Counted from the first letter of the stretch, positions 1 to 9,909 are shown. The stretch: 64,000 nucleotides of DNA from Nitrospira sp. (GCA_047150005.1 AP038806.1:3872001-3936000), one strand, 5' to 3'. A program made the numbers and translations. Notes: generated by a model not told the origin, from the sequence alone.

Positions 1-618
1 ACAGCCGATGGAGCCTATCGTCTCGGTCGAGGCGACGACCGCTGGGCGGTCGTCACAACGGGGCTCGACGAAATTCTGGTCCATGCGCTGGCGCAGTCGC
101 CGGACGGCACGCTTTACGCCGGCACGTCCGGAAAGGGCGTGCTGCGGTTCAAAGCCAATTCGATCGGCTGGGTGCGCCTGCATCATGGCCTGAAGGACCA
201 TGAAGGGATGGTTGAGAATTTTATCCGGGTATTGACCATCGACCCGGACGGTGCGATTTATGCCGGGACGTTCGACGGCGGCGTCTTTCGGAGCGAGGAT
301 GCGGGCGCGACGTGGCGGCCGATCAGCCGAGCGTTGCCGAACGACTCGATTCGAGGGATCGTGTTCAACAGTCGAGGCCTCTTCGTCGCCACCGGCCACG
401 GCATCTTCAAGACCGTCGACAAAGGCCGTCAATGGACCCCGCTCAACAAGGGACTGACCAGCATGGCCGTTCAAGTGCTGATCGAATCGGCCTCCGGCTC
501 TCTCTACGCCGGCACCAACGCCGGAGCGTTCCGCAGCGACGACGACGGACGGACCTGGGCCGCGATCAATCACGGACTCGAGGGAGGGACGGCACCGCCG
601 CCCTTTCTCTTTCGCTAA
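1..618 (+). CDS. BNR/Asp-box beta-propeller repeat protein (5' partial)
   Basis: Frame is open from base 1 (TADGAYRLG...). Repeated YAGT..GGVFRSxDxGxTW Asp-box motifs. Confidence 0.8.
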   Translation, partial: TADGAYRLGRGDDRWAVVTTGLDEILVHALAQSPDGTLYAGTSGKGVLRFKANSIGWVRLHHGLKDHEGMVENFIRVLTIDPDGAIYAGTFDGGVFRSEDAGATWRPISRALPNDSIRGIVFNSRGLFVATGHGIFKTVDKGRQWTPLNKGLTSMAVQVLIESASGSLYAGTNAGAFRSDDDGRTWAAINHGLEGGTAPPPFLFR

Positions 619-634
619 CCAGAGGAAAGGACAC

Positions 635-1153
635 ATGACGATGTCAGAGGCAACCGAGAAGACCCGGGCCACGATTGCGGTGACGAGCAAAGGACAGCCG
701 CTGGGAGAAATCGTGCTGAAGTTTTTTCACAACGTCGCCCCCGGCCATGCAAGAAACTTCATGGACCTGGCCAAGAAAGGGTTTTACAACGGCACCACCT
801 TCCACCGCGTCATTCCGGGCTTCATGATCCAGGGGGGCGATCCCAACAGCAAGAACGCCGACCGAGCCTCGCACGGCACCGGCGGGCCCGGCTACCGTAT
901 CAAAGCGGAGTTCAACAGTACGCCGCACAAGCGGGGGATTCTCTCCATGGCCCGTGCCAACGACCCGGACAGCGCCGGCTCCCAATTCTTCATTTGTGTC
1001 GCCGACTCCAACTTCCTGGACTGGCAATACACGGCTTTCGGCGAAGTCGTCAGCGGCATGGACGTGGCGGACAAGGTCGTCAGCGTGAAGCGGGACGGCG
1101 GCGATAATCCGCTGGAGCGAATAGAGATGACGGTCACGATTTCGGAAGGTTGA
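635..1153 (+). CDS. Cyclophilin-type peptidyl-prolyl cis-trans isomerase
   Basis: FYNGTTFHRVIPGFMIQGGDP and LSMARANDPDSAGSQFFI motifs; AGAGGAAAGGA RBS. Confidence 0.95.
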   Translation: MTMSEATEKTRATIAVTSKGQPLGEIVLKFFHNVAPGHARNFMDLAKKGFYNGTTFHRVIPGFMIQGGDPNSKNADRASHGTGGPGYRIKAEFNSTPHKRGILSMARANDPDSAGSQFFICVADSNFLDWQYTAFGEVVSGMDVADKVVSVKRDGGDNPLERIEMTVTISEG

Positions 1154-1179
1154 GGTTGAGATTGAGGTTCAGGTTGAGC

Positions 1180-1881
1180 ATGGAGAAGCTTGATTTCAAC
1201 ATCCGGTTCCTCTCAGCCTTAACCTTGAGCTGCCTGTGCCTGTCCGGATGCACCATTCCGCAGACGCCGTACCGCGCTGTCTACGAAGACCCGGTCAACT
1301 ACGTCCGTCTGGAGCTGGACGACACCGTGTTGCCCGAATGGCCGCCGGGTCACCATTCACATCCCCGCACCTTTACCTCGGAAGAGATTGCCCGCGTCCT
1401 CACCGGCATGAAGGTGCAGGAGCACCGTATCTGGTTGCAAAAGTGGATTCAGGGAGAAGCTCCGCTGGTGCCCGCCTTTCGGGATGAAGAAGTCACGATC
1501 CTCGCGCCGCAGATCGCGGAGGCCTTCGCCGCGGCGGCGTACAACGAGCGCATCACGTTTTATCTGAGCCAGCCGCAAACGTCGGCCAAGCGCGTGATCA
1601 CCACCGGCGGGCTGTACGTGCGGGATTCGGAGATGCACGTGCTGCTGGGCAACTGGCAGATCGTCTACGGCATTCCCACATACGGTATGATCTACGACCG
1701 GCGGTACCCCATGCGCCCCACGGCCGCCAAGGGTTTCGACCTCTATTTCCAGCCGTCGGACGCCGTCATCGTACAGAACAGCAGCTTTCTGGACACGTTG
1801 CTCGCGAACAACAAGGACGAACTCGTCATCAATATCGACCGTCTCCCCGCCGCGGTGGTCATGGCATCCCCACTTAGGTAG
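1180..1881 (+). CDS. Hypothetical lipoprotein
   Basis: ATG at 1180 gives a signal peptide ending in the lipobox LSGC. The 1150 start runs through a hexamer repeat. Confidence 0.7.
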   Translation: MEKLDFNIRFLSALTLSCLCLSGCTIPQTPYRAVYEDPVNYVRLELDDTVLPEWPPGHHSHPRTFTSEEIARVLTGMKVQEHRIWLQKWIQGEAPLVPAFRDEEVTILAPQIAEAFAAAAYNERITFYLSQPQTSAKRVITTGGLYVRDSEMHVLLGNWQIVYGIPTYGMIYDRRYPMRPTAAKGFDLYFQPSDAVIVQNSSFLDTLLANNKDELVINIDRLPAAVVMASPLR

Positions 1882-1941
1882 ATCTGCTCGCTCCTGCATC
1901 GGATCGGACCGAAAGAACCTCCACGTATTCGGCTGATTTCG

Positions 1942-1970
1942 TTGACAAGAAATGGGCTCGCTGTTAGCGT
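1942..1970 (+). promoter_or_regulatory. Sigma-70 promoter of the TPR gene
   Basis: TTGACA-N17-TAGCGT, followed by GGAGG and a TTG at 1999. Confidence 0.55.
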
Positions 1971-1998
1971 TTCCTGGTCAGCCACACGGAGGTCCATC

Positions 1999-4206
1999 TT
2001 GGGCATCGACCGCAGCAAGGTGTTGCACAGCGCCCAACTGTTCGCGTCGAAAGGTCAGTTCGACGCCGCCATCAATGAATGGAAAAAGCTGTCGGCCGAA
2101 TCGCCTGCCGATGGGAGCATCTACAACTCCATCGGTGAGCTCCATCTGAAGCGGAACGCCTCCGGCGAGGCTGTGTCGGCCTTTCTGCAGGCCGCGAACG
2201 CGTTTCGGGCGGAAGGCGCGACCCTCAAGGCTATCGCCACCTATAAGAAAGTCCTCAAGCTCGATCCGTCCCGCTACGACATCTACCGATACCTCGGCGA
2301 TCTCAATGCCGAGCGGGGACTCCTGAGCAGCGCGGTGCAGGACTACCTGACGCTGGGCAAGTACTATCTCAAGGAACGCAAGTCCAAGGAGGCGCTCGAG
2401 GTCTATAAGAAGATCGTCAGTCAAGACCCGTCCAATCTCGATGCGCAGCAACGGGTCGCCGAGTTGTGCGTGCAGGAAAACATGCAGGACGAGGCGATAA
2501 AGGTCTACCTGCAGCTCGGTCGTGAACGCTCCGCTCAGCAGCGGTACAGCGAAGCCAAGGAAGCGTATCAGTCGGTCTTGCGTATCGATCCGGCCAACAG
2601 CGAAGCCGTACAATTTATCGAGCATTTCGAGAAATCGGGCGGCGACCCGATCCGGTTCGCCAGAAGCAGCGCGTCGACTCCGGCGGCGGGAAAATCGCTC
2701 GAGCCGATGGACCTCCTGGCGGAAGCCAGGCGACGCATCGAGGAAAAGCAATTTGCGGGCGCGGAAGCGATTCTCAACCAGCTCCTCTCAAAGGAGCCGG
2801 GAAACCCTCAGGTCTGTCAGTTGCTGGCCCGATTACACCTGCATCAGGGCCAGCTTCAGATCGCGCTGGGTGAATACCGTTTTCTGGCCGGTGCGGCGCT
2901 GCGAGCCCAGGAATACCCGCAGGCGGAGGCGCTGATTCAGGAATTTCTGGCCGTCGAACCCCATTCGGTTCCGCTCCTGGAGTTGCACGGGGAGCTGTAC
3001 GAGGAGCAGGGAGACCTGTCCACGGCCGTCCTGCACTACGGCAAGGCGGTGGAAGTGCTGCTCGAGCATCCGGAGCCGGGTCTGCCGACGCTGCATGAGG
3101 AAATTTTCGAGAAGATCAAGACGCTCGTTCCGGATAGTCCGGTCGTTCACCATTTGGAAGTGCTGCTCCACGATGCGCCTCCCGCCGCCGAATCCGTCGG
3201 CGTGCAGGCCGACCAGGCCGCACCGGCACCCGACGCGTTCACCCTCGCGGGCGCGGAGCCGGACAATGCGTGGGGGACAACGCCTCGGAATTCCGGCGAG
3301 CCGGGGTTCCGCTTCGCGTCCCCAGGAGAGGCGGCTCCGGTCCTCGGCGTGCCGCCCGTTGCCGCAGCTCGCGAGAACACCGTGGAACCGACACCGGCTG
3401 TTACGGGCCAACAGGCCTCTGACGTGGCCGCCGCGGTGCCGCTGCTCACGCGAGACGCTCAACTTCGCTCCTACCTGGAGGCGGGACAGGTCATGGAAGC
3501 GGAGCTGTGGCTGAACCGACTGATCGGCAAAGCGCCGGATGATGCCGAGCTGCGAGAATTGCTGGGCCGGCTCTTCGAGCACAAGGGCGACGGGGCCGCC
3601 GCCGCCTTACAGTATGCGCGGGCGATGGAACTGCAGTTGGCCGCCGCGCCTGAGGGCGATACCGAACGGCTCACGGCCCTGTACCTCAAACTCAACACAC
3701 TGGCCCCGGCTCATCCTCTTGTCGGAAAGCTGGCCCCGCTGTTCCTCACACGTGAGGAACAGCGGGGCGCCGCACCGGAAGAGGCCCCCGAAGGGATGGC
3801 CGACGGGCTCGACCCGGAGGTGCATTACACGCTCGGCGTGGCATACAAAAACATGGGCCTGCTCGATGAGGCCAAGGAAGAATTCTCCGTCGCCATGCAA
3901 TCACCAGCCGTGTTCCTGGACTCCTGTCTTATGACCGCCATCTGTTTGAAAGAGCGTGGGCAGGCCGACGCCGCAAGCACCCAGCTGGAGCGTTTACTGA
4001 CGGATTCTCGTTGCCAGGGGGCCAAGGGTCAGGCGATTCGATACGAATTGGGCTTGCTCTACGAACAACAGGGCCAGTGGGAGCAGGCCGTGACGATGTT
4101 CGAGTCGATCCCCACCTTCCACGACGTTCCGGAACGATTGTCCTCGATCCGCGCGGACCATCCCGTTTCTGAGTCCACCGCCAAGGCCTTCGGATACGCC
4201 AGCTGA
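1999..4206 (+). CDS. Large tetratricopeptide repeat protein (SgmX-like architecture)
   Basis: N- and C-terminal TPR arrays separated by a Pro/Ala-rich linker; C-terminal HYTLGVAYKNMGLLDEA; TTG start after GGAGG. Confidence 0.8.
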   Translation: MGIDRSKVLHSAQLFASKGQFDAAINEWKKLSAESPADGSIYNSIGELHLKRNASGEAVSAFLQAANAFRAEGATLKAIATYKKVLKLDPSRYDIYRYLGDLNAERGLLSSAVQDYLTLGKYYLKERKSKEALEVYKKIVSQDPSNLDAQQRVAELCVQENMQDEAIKVYLQLGRERSAQQRYSEAKEAYQSVLRIDPANSEAVQFIEHFEKSGGDPIRFARSSASTPAAGKSLEPMDLLAEARRRIEEKQFAGAEAILNQLLSKEPGNPQVCQLLARLHLHQGQLQIALGEYRFLAGAALRAQEYPQAEALIQEFLAVEPHSVPLLELHGELYEEQGDLSTAVLHYGKAVEVLLEHPEPGLPTLHEEIFEKIKTLVPDSPVVHHLEVLLHDAPPAAESVGVQADQAAPAPDAFTLAGAEPDNAWGTTPRNSGEPGFRFASPGEAAPVLGVPPVAAARENTVEPTPAVTGQQASDVAAAVPLLTRDAQLRSYLEAGQVMEAELWLNRLIGKAPDDAELRELLGRLFEHKGDGAAAALQYARAMELQLAAAPEGDTERLTALYLKLNTLAPAHPLVGKLAPLFLTREEQRGAAPEEAPEGMADGLDPEVHYTLGVAYKNMGLLDEAKEEFSVAMQSPAVFLDSCLMTAICLKERGQADAASTQLERLLTDSRCQGAKGQAIRYELGLLYEQQGQWEQAVTMFESIPTFHDVPERLSSIRADHPVSESTAKAFGYAS

Positions 4207-4211
4207 CCGGA

Positions 4212-5192
4212 TCAGGTCACGGGATTCGGCGCCGGCCGGCCGGCCAGGACTGCATCGACATTGTTCAGGCAGATCATACCCATCTGCACCCGCGCAAACC
4301 AGGTCGCCGACCCGAGATGGGGCAGCAGCACCACGTGCGCCGACGAGCGAAGCCCCGGATGCACGCGGGGTTCGTCTTCATAGACGTCAAGGCCCGCCCC
4401 GGCGATCGCACGACGCTGCAACGCATCCACCAACGCCGCCTCGTCCACGATCGGTCCCCGGGCCGTATTGACGAGGATCGCTGTCCGTCGCATCCCCGCC
4501 AGTTCGGATGCTCCGATCAGATGCCGCGTCTCGCCGGTCAGCGGCACATGGATGGACACAAAATCCGAGTCGCGGAGCAGGTCGGGTAGGGAGACAGATT
4601 CCCATTGCGCGCCGGACGGCGAGACGAGGGCGGAACGCCGACTGAAATAGCGCACCGGCATGCGAAATCCGACGGCACGATGGGCCACAGCCTGCCCAAT
4701 CCGCCCCATTCCGACGATGCCTAGCGTTCGACCGGCGACCTCTGCGCCCAAGAGCTGCGTCGCCGTCCAGCCGGTCCAGGTTCCCGCCCGCACCAGCGCA
4801 TCGCCTTCCACAACTCGACGAGCCGTGGCCAGGATGAGCGCCCAGGTCAAGTCCGCGGTGGCGTCGGTCAGGACATCCGGAGTATTCGTCACGATGATCC
4901 CGCGATTTCGGGCCGCGGAAAGATCGATGTTGTTGTAACCGACCGCATAGTTGGCCACGACTTGCAGTCGCGATGCCCCGGCCAAACTCTGCGCGTCGAT
5001 GCGCTCGGATAATGTGACGATGGCGGCGGCCGCCTCGTGCAATCCTTTCCGAAGCGTCGCGGGAGACGGCGGAGCCTCTTCCGGTTCCGCTAGTAGCCGG
5101 TAGCGCTCGCGGAGCGCCGCCATCACCGGTTCCGGCAAGAGGCGGGAAAGGTAAAGGAGGGGGCGGGGCTCGCTCATAGGTGGTGATGGCAT
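4212..5192 (-). CDS. D-2-hydroxyacid dehydrogenase (glyoxylate/hydroxypyruvate reductase-like)
   Basis: AVGYNNID, TNTPDVLT, GMGRIG, NTARG, LDVYEDEP and PHLGSAT motifs. Confidence 0.9.
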   Translation of the reverse strand: MPSPPMSEPRPLLYLSRLLPEPVMAALRERYRLLAEPEEAPPSPATLRKGLHEAAAAIVTLSERIDAQSLAGASRLQVVANYAVGYNNIDLSAARNRGIIVTNTPDVLTDATADLTWALILATARRVVEGDALVRAGTWTGWTATQLLGAEVAGRTLGIVGMGRIGQAVAHRAVGFRMPVRYFSRRSALVSPSGAQWESVSLPDLLRDSDFVSIHVPLTGETRHLIGASELAGMRRTAILVNTARGPIVDEAALVDALQRRAIAGAGLDVYEDEPRVHPGLRSSAHVVLLPHLGSATWFARVQMGMICLNNVDAVLAGRPAPNPVT

Positions 5193-5354
5193 CTTACCGA
5201 GTCACGGCCACAGCCACAACCGCTCGGCAGCCGCGGCTCGATGTGTGGTAGTCCCGCAGCGAGCCGTCTTGAAGTTCCGGACTTCCATTTGCTATTCTCC
5301 GTGCACCTTCCCACGCATGCACCACTTCAGAGGGCAATCCCAAGGAGTTAGACC

Positions 5355-6908
5355 ATGGCCAGCATCAAGCGGGCATTGATCAGCGTTTCGGACAAGACCG
5401 GGATCGTGGACTTAGCCAAGGGGCTCGAAACCTTGGGCGCCGAGATCCTTTCGACTGGGGGCACGGCCAAGGCGTTACGCGACGCCGGCGTCAAGGTCAC
5501 CGACGTGGCCGCCTATACCGGCTCGCCGGAAATTCTCGACGGCCGCGTCAAGACCTTGCATCCGAAAATTCACGGCGGCCTGCTGGGACGCCGATCTGTT
5601 CCGGCACACGTCGATCAGATGAAGCAGTACAACATCGGTCCCATCGATGCGGTCGTCGTCAATCTCTATCCGTTCGAAGCCACCATCTCCAAACCCCATT
5701 GCCCGTTCGACGACGCCATCGAGAATATCGACATCGGCGGCCCTTCGATGCTGCGGTCGGCCGCCAAGAACCATGAGGACGTCTTCGTCGTCGTCGATCC
5801 GGCCGACTATCCACGCGTGCTGGAGGCGGTCAAGAGCGTCGGCGATACAGGGCCCCTCCGCCGCGAGCTGGCCATGAAAGTCTTCCAGCACACGGCGCGC
5901 TACGACAGCGCGATCGCCGGCTATCTTGAAAAGCAGATCCACGGCGCTGCCGCCAAATTCCCGAAGATCCTGTCGTTGCAGTACGAACTGGCCGAAACGC
6001 TTCGCTACGGAGAAAACCCCCATCAGCAGGGCGCCTTTTATCGCGAACTCCACTCCCAGGAGCCGTCCGTCTCGCGCGGCAAGATACTTCACGGAAAGGC
6101 CATGTCGTACAACAATTTCCTTGATGCGAATTCCGCGCTGGAATTGGCTAAGGAGTACGAGGAGACGGCGGTCGCGATCATCAAGCACAACAATCCCTGC
6201 GGTGTCGCCTTGGGGACCACGCCGGTGGATGCCTATGTCAAAGCGCGCGAGACCGATCCGATTTCGGCCTTTGGAGGCGTTATCGCTTTCAACCGGCCTG
6301 TGGATCTCGCGGCAGCCAAGGAAATTACCTCGACGTTCGTGGAGGTCGTCGTGGCGCCTGGATTTGCCGACGACGCTCTGGCCGAACTCAAGCGCAAGAA
6401 AGATCTGCGACTCCTCGATGTCGGCCCTCTCGTACGGGTGAAACAAGAGGGCTATGACTTGAAAAAACTGGTTGGCGGCCTGATCGTGCAGGATCGCGAC
6501 CTGGGCGTACTCACGGATCTGCGGTCGCTCCCGGTTCCCACGGTCCGCAAGCCCACCGATGAAGAGTATGCGGCCTCCGCCTTCGCCTGGAAGGTCTGTA
6601 AACACGTCAAGTCCAACGCCATCATCTATGCCAAGCCTGGCCAGACGGTGGGGATTGGCGCCGGTCAGATGAGCCGGGTGGACAGCGTGAAACTGGCTGC
6701 GATGAAGGCGCAGATGCCCGTCAAAGGCTGCGTCATGGCGTCGGACGCCTTCTTTCCATTCCGGGACGGGCTCGACGCGGCGGCGCAAGCCGGCATCACC
6801 GCCGTCATTCAACCCGGGGGGTCCATTCGCGATGCGGAGATCGTCAAGGCCGCGGATGAGCACGGCTTGGCAATGATCCTCACGGGCATGCGCCACTTCC
6901 GCCACTGA
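5355..6908 (+). CDS. purH: Bifunctional AICAR transformylase/IMP cyclohydrolase
   Basis: RALISVSDKTG, GRVKTLHP, LRYGENPHQ, GAGQMSRVDS and the C-terminal GMRHFRH. Confidence 0.98.
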   Translation: MASIKRALISVSDKTGIVDLAKGLETLGAEILSTGGTAKALRDAGVKVTDVAAYTGSPEILDGRVKTLHPKIHGGLLGRRSVPAHVDQMKQYNIGPIDAVVVNLYPFEATISKPHCPFDDAIENIDIGGPSMLRSAAKNHEDVFVVVDPADYPRVLEAVKSVGDTGPLRRELAMKVFQHTARYDSAIAGYLEKQIHGAAAKFPKILSLQYELAETLRYGENPHQQGAFYRELHSQEPSVSRGKILHGKAMSYNNFLDANSALELAKEYEETAVAIIKHNNPCGVALGTTPVDAYVKARETDPISAFGGVIAFNRPVDLAAAKEITSTFVEVVVAPGFADDALAELKRKKDLRLLDVGPLVRVKQEGYDLKKLVGGLIVQDRDLGVLTDLRSLPVPTVRKPTDEEYAASAFAWKVCKHVKSNAIIYAKPGQTVGIGAGQMSRVDSVKLAAMKAQMPVKGCVMASDAFFPFRDGLDAAAQAGITAVIQPGGSIRDAEIVKAADEHGLAMILTGMRHFRH

Positions 6909-7054
6909 CGGATGTCGGGACGACGTTCACACCTCACCGCCCTGTCGCACAGGGCGTCGATACGGCTTCTGGCGGACATGTCGGCGCCCCGCGGACAAGC
7001 ATCCTCCGGCGACCGTTCGAATTCTCCTTTCCCCGGATCGTACGGTGCGCCTTC

Positions 7055-8335
7055 GTGAATATTCTCGTCGTCGGAAGCGGGGGACGCGAACATGCCATCG
7101 TGTGGAAACTCGGACAGAGCCAGCGGAGGCCCGCCATTTTTTGTGCCCCCGGCAACGCCGGTATCGCATCGTTCGCAACCTGTGTGCCGATCGCGGCCCA
7201 TGACATCCAAGCCCTGAAAGACTTCGTCGTCCGCAACCACATCGATTTGACCGTCGTGGGACCGGAAACGCCGCTCGCCATGGGCATTGCCGATGAGTTT
7301 CGCAAACATCGCTTGAAAGTATTCGGTCCGACCAAGAAGGCGGCGCGCCTGGAAGCCAGCAAAAGTTTTTCCAAAGACCTCATGCGACGGGCCGGAATCC
7401 CCACCGCACGCGCGAAGAGCTTTACCGACACGGCGGCGGCACTCGCCTACGCGAGTGAGCATGACCTTCCTCAGGTGATCAAAGCGGACGGCCTCGCGCA
7501 GGGTAAAGGCGTGATCATCGCCACGACACACGAGCAGGCGCGGCAGGCGATCGTCGATTGCATGGAGAAGGCCGTCTTCGGGGAGGCCGGAAAAGAAGTC
7601 CTGATCGAGGAGTTTCTGACCGGAGAAGAGTTGACGATCATGGCCTTTACCGACGGCCGCACGATCGTACCGATGCCGCCGGCACAGGATCATAAGCGAG
7701 TCGGCGACGGGGACACCGGCCTGAACACCGGAGGAATGGGCGCCTATGCGCCCGCGCCGCTCGGCACACCGGAGCTTCGGGATCAGGTGCGGCGGCAAAT
7801 CCTGGAGCCGATCGTGACCCATCTCTCCAAGATGGGATCCCCGTTCCAGGGTGTCCTGTATGCCGGCCTGATGGTCGTCAAGGGCGTGCCGTATGTGCTG
7901 GAGTTCAACGCCCGGATGGGCGACCCGGAAACCCAAGTGGTGCTGCCGCTGCTGAAAACCGATTTGCTCGAGGTGATTGAAGCGGTCGTGGAGCATCGAC
8001 TGGATCAGCTGGACGTCGAATGGCGCGAGGACGCGGCCGTCTGTGTCGTGATGACGTCGGAAGGATATCCCGGCCCGTACCGAACCGGGGTTCCCATTCA
8101 GGGTTTGACGGAGACGTCCGTGGAGCACGCCGTCATTTTCCATGCGGGAACGGCCTTCGATCAGCAAGCAGTCGTGACCGCCGGCGGACGTGTCTTGGGT
8201 ATTACAGGCTTGGGCCCCGACATCGCGGCGGCTCAACAGACGGCCTATCGCGCCGTCCGCGCGCTGTCGTTTGAAGGCTGCCACTACCGCCGAGACATCG
8301 CCCATCGGGCGTTGAGCCCTCGCACATCGCGTTGA
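7055..8335 (+). CDS. purD: Phosphoribosylamine-glycine ligase
   Basis: GSGGREHA, KADGLAQGKGV, QDHKR, NTGGMGAY and EFNARMGDPETQ. Confidence 0.98.
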   Translation: MNILVVGSGGREHAIVWKLGQSQRRPAIFCAPGNAGIASFATCVPIAAHDIQALKDFVVRNHIDLTVVGPETPLAMGIADEFRKHRLKVFGPTKKAARLEASKSFSKDLMRRAGIPTARAKSFTDTAAALAYASEHDLPQVIKADGLAQGKGVIIATTHEQARQAIVDCMEKAVFGEAGKEVLIEEFLTGEELTIMAFTDGRTIVPMPPAQDHKRVGDGDTGLNTGGMGAYAPAPLGTPELRDQVRRQILEPIVTHLSKMGSPFQGVLYAGLMVVKGVPYVLEFNARMGDPETQVVLPLLKTDLLEVIEAVVEHRLDQLDVEWREDAAVCVVMTSEGYPGPYRTGVPIQGLTETSVEHAVIFHAGTAFDQQAVVTAGGRVLGITGLGPDIAAAQQTAYRAVRALSFEGCHYRRDIAHRALSPRTSR

Positions 8336-9000
8336 GCATCTCTTGCCGGCTCATGGCCACCGTTCATCCACTGTCCCTGACCACGTTACCGGTTCTCGCT
8401 CCCTCCGTTCGTTCGGTGATTCAGAACGGAGGCTTGATCGCCATGCCGACCGAGACCTACTACGGTCTCGGCACAAGTCCGTTCGATGCCGGCGCCGTCG
8501 ATCGTTTGCTGCAGGTCAAGAACCGAGAGTACGGGAAGCCGATCCTGGTGCTCATCGGCGACGTGAACCAACTTCCCCTTGTGGTAGCCGATATGCCACG
8601 CGTCGGACACATACTCGCGGAAGCATTCTGGCCCGGCGCCCTGACCATTCTGCTGCCGGCCCATCCGGCGCTTCCTCGTCATCTCACCGGGGGGAGCGGG
8701 TGGGTGGGCGTGCGGCTGAGTTCCTGTTCATCGCTGACGGAACTCCTGAAGCAGACCGGTCCGGTGACCGGTACCAGCGCGAACCGCTCCGGAAGCCCGC
8801 CGTTGACTACTGCCGAGCAGGTGCAACGGGAGTTGGGTCTCGAGATCGATATGATCCTGGACGCAGGCAGGACGCCGGGCGGCCTACCGTCCACCGTCGT
8901 GGACGTCCGGGAACCGGTCCGACTTGTTCGAGAAGGCGCGATCCCTCGACAGACGATACGGAACGTGTTACAGACACACGAGATTGCGCTGACCGCTTAG
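8332..9000 (+). CDS. tsaC: L-threonylcarbamoyladenylate synthase (Sua5/YrdC); start may be ATG 8353
   Basis: PTETYYGLG, FWPGALT, TSANRSG and PSTVVD motifs. Confidence 0.9.
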   Translation: MSISCRLMATVHPLSLTTLPVLAPSVRSVIQNGGLIAMPTETYYGLGTSPFDAGAVDRLLQVKNREYGKPILVLIGDVNQLPLVVADMPRVGHILAEAFWPGALTILLPAHPALPRHLTGGSGWVGVRLSSCSSLTELLKQTGPVTGTSANRSGSPPLTTAEQVQRELGLEIDMILDAGRTPGGLPSTVVDVREPVRLVREGAIPRQTIRNVLQTHEIALTA

Positions 9001-9047
9001 ACCACAGCCACGGCAACGATCGCAGCCACGCACGGAGGAGGAGAGGC

Positions 9048-9476
9048 ATGACAATGGCGACACGGGTGATGAAGCAAGGAATGGCGGTACTGGCCATCGG
9101 TTGTACGCTGACCCTGGCCGGCTGCGACTACTGGCCACCGGCGCTCCAAACCCAGATCGAACAGCTTCGCTCGGAACTGCAGACCGTCACCGCCGAGAAG
9201 AGCCAACTGCAGACGCAGCTGGCGTCCATCACCAAGGTGAAGGACGACCTGCAAGTCCAGGTCGACGATCTCAGCCGCGCGAACCGCGACAAGAGCACCA
9301 TGATCGCCAGCCTCCAAAACAGCGTGACGGCTCTGCAAGAGCGGCTCAACAGGACGTCGAAAGCGGCGGGAGGCAAGGTCATCCCGGCCAAAGCGCAGGC
9401 CAAGGCAAAACCCAAAACCACGGTCAAGACGTCGGCCAAGAAACGACCGGCCGTCAAAGCGACCGTCAAGCGATAG
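9048..9476 (+). CDS. Coiled-coil lipoprotein with Lys/Ala-rich tail
   Basis: GGAGGAGGAG RBS, LAGC lipobox, heptad repeats and a basic C-terminus. Confidence 0.75.
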   Translation: MTMATRVMKQGMAVLAIGCTLTLAGCDYWPPALQTQIEQLRSELQTVTAEKSQLQTQLASITKVKDDLQVQVDDLSRANRDKSTMIASLQNSVTALQERLNRTSKAAGGKVIPAKAQAKAKPKTTVKTSAKKRPAVKATVKR

Positions 9477-9489
9477 AGGAGGCGGCCGG

Positions 9490-9873
9490 TTATTTTGACG
9501 AGGTCGTGGTGGGAGACGTCGCGGACGTGGAGTTGGAACTGGAATTGGAGCTGGCCGTGGAAGTCGGCGCCGCAGTCGACGTGCTCGTCGAAGGAGAAGC
9601 GGTCGCAGCCGCTGGCGAGGCGGTCGCGGGAGAAGGTTCTTTTTTGTCCGACGTCGCAGGGGTGGCAGGCTCTGCTCCTGACGGCGGTTTCAGCTTGTCC
9701 GAATAGTCGGTCACATACCAGCCGCTGCCCTTGAACATGATGGCTGGAGAAGAAATCAACCGCTTCACCGGCTTACCACAACGATCACAGGCGGCAATCG
9801 GATCCTCCTTGATACTCTGTTTCACTTCGAATTTGTACGCACATCCTTCGCACAGATACTCATAAATCGGCAC
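9490..9873 (-). CDS. FmdB-family zinc-ribbon protein with Ser/Thr-rich tail
   Basis: MPIYEYxCxxC...CxxC...FKGSGWYVTDY. Confidence 0.9.
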   Translation of the reverse strand: MPIYEYLCEGCAYKFEVKQSIKEDPIAACDRCGKPVKRLISSPAIMFKGSGWYVTDYSDKLKPPSGAEPATPATSDKKEPSPATASPAAATASPSTSTSTAAPTSTASSNSSSNSTSATSPTTTSSK

Positions 9874-9909
9874 GACATTCCTCCTTCGCTCAATCGAACA
9901 GCTCAGCAG

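Noticed and set aside
5193..5354. ZMP/ZTP or purine riboswitch upstream of purH
   Set aside because: No GACTGGCG/CGCCTGGGC-type signatures. A plausible promoter (TTGAAG-N18-TATTCT, 5269-5298) leaves only a short leader.
5475..8305. Long antisense ORFs (476 aa and 498 aa) opposite purH and purD, and similar ones opposite accC, hflX, clpC, hyfB and gltA
   Set aside because: Shadow ORFs expected from GC-rich codon bias; no recognisable motifs, and they fully overlap well-supported genes.
8343..9047. N-terminal 235 aa of the 377-aa ORF 8343..9476
   Set aside because: Alternative frame of tsaC. The real gene starts at ATG 9048 with a strong RBS and lipobox.
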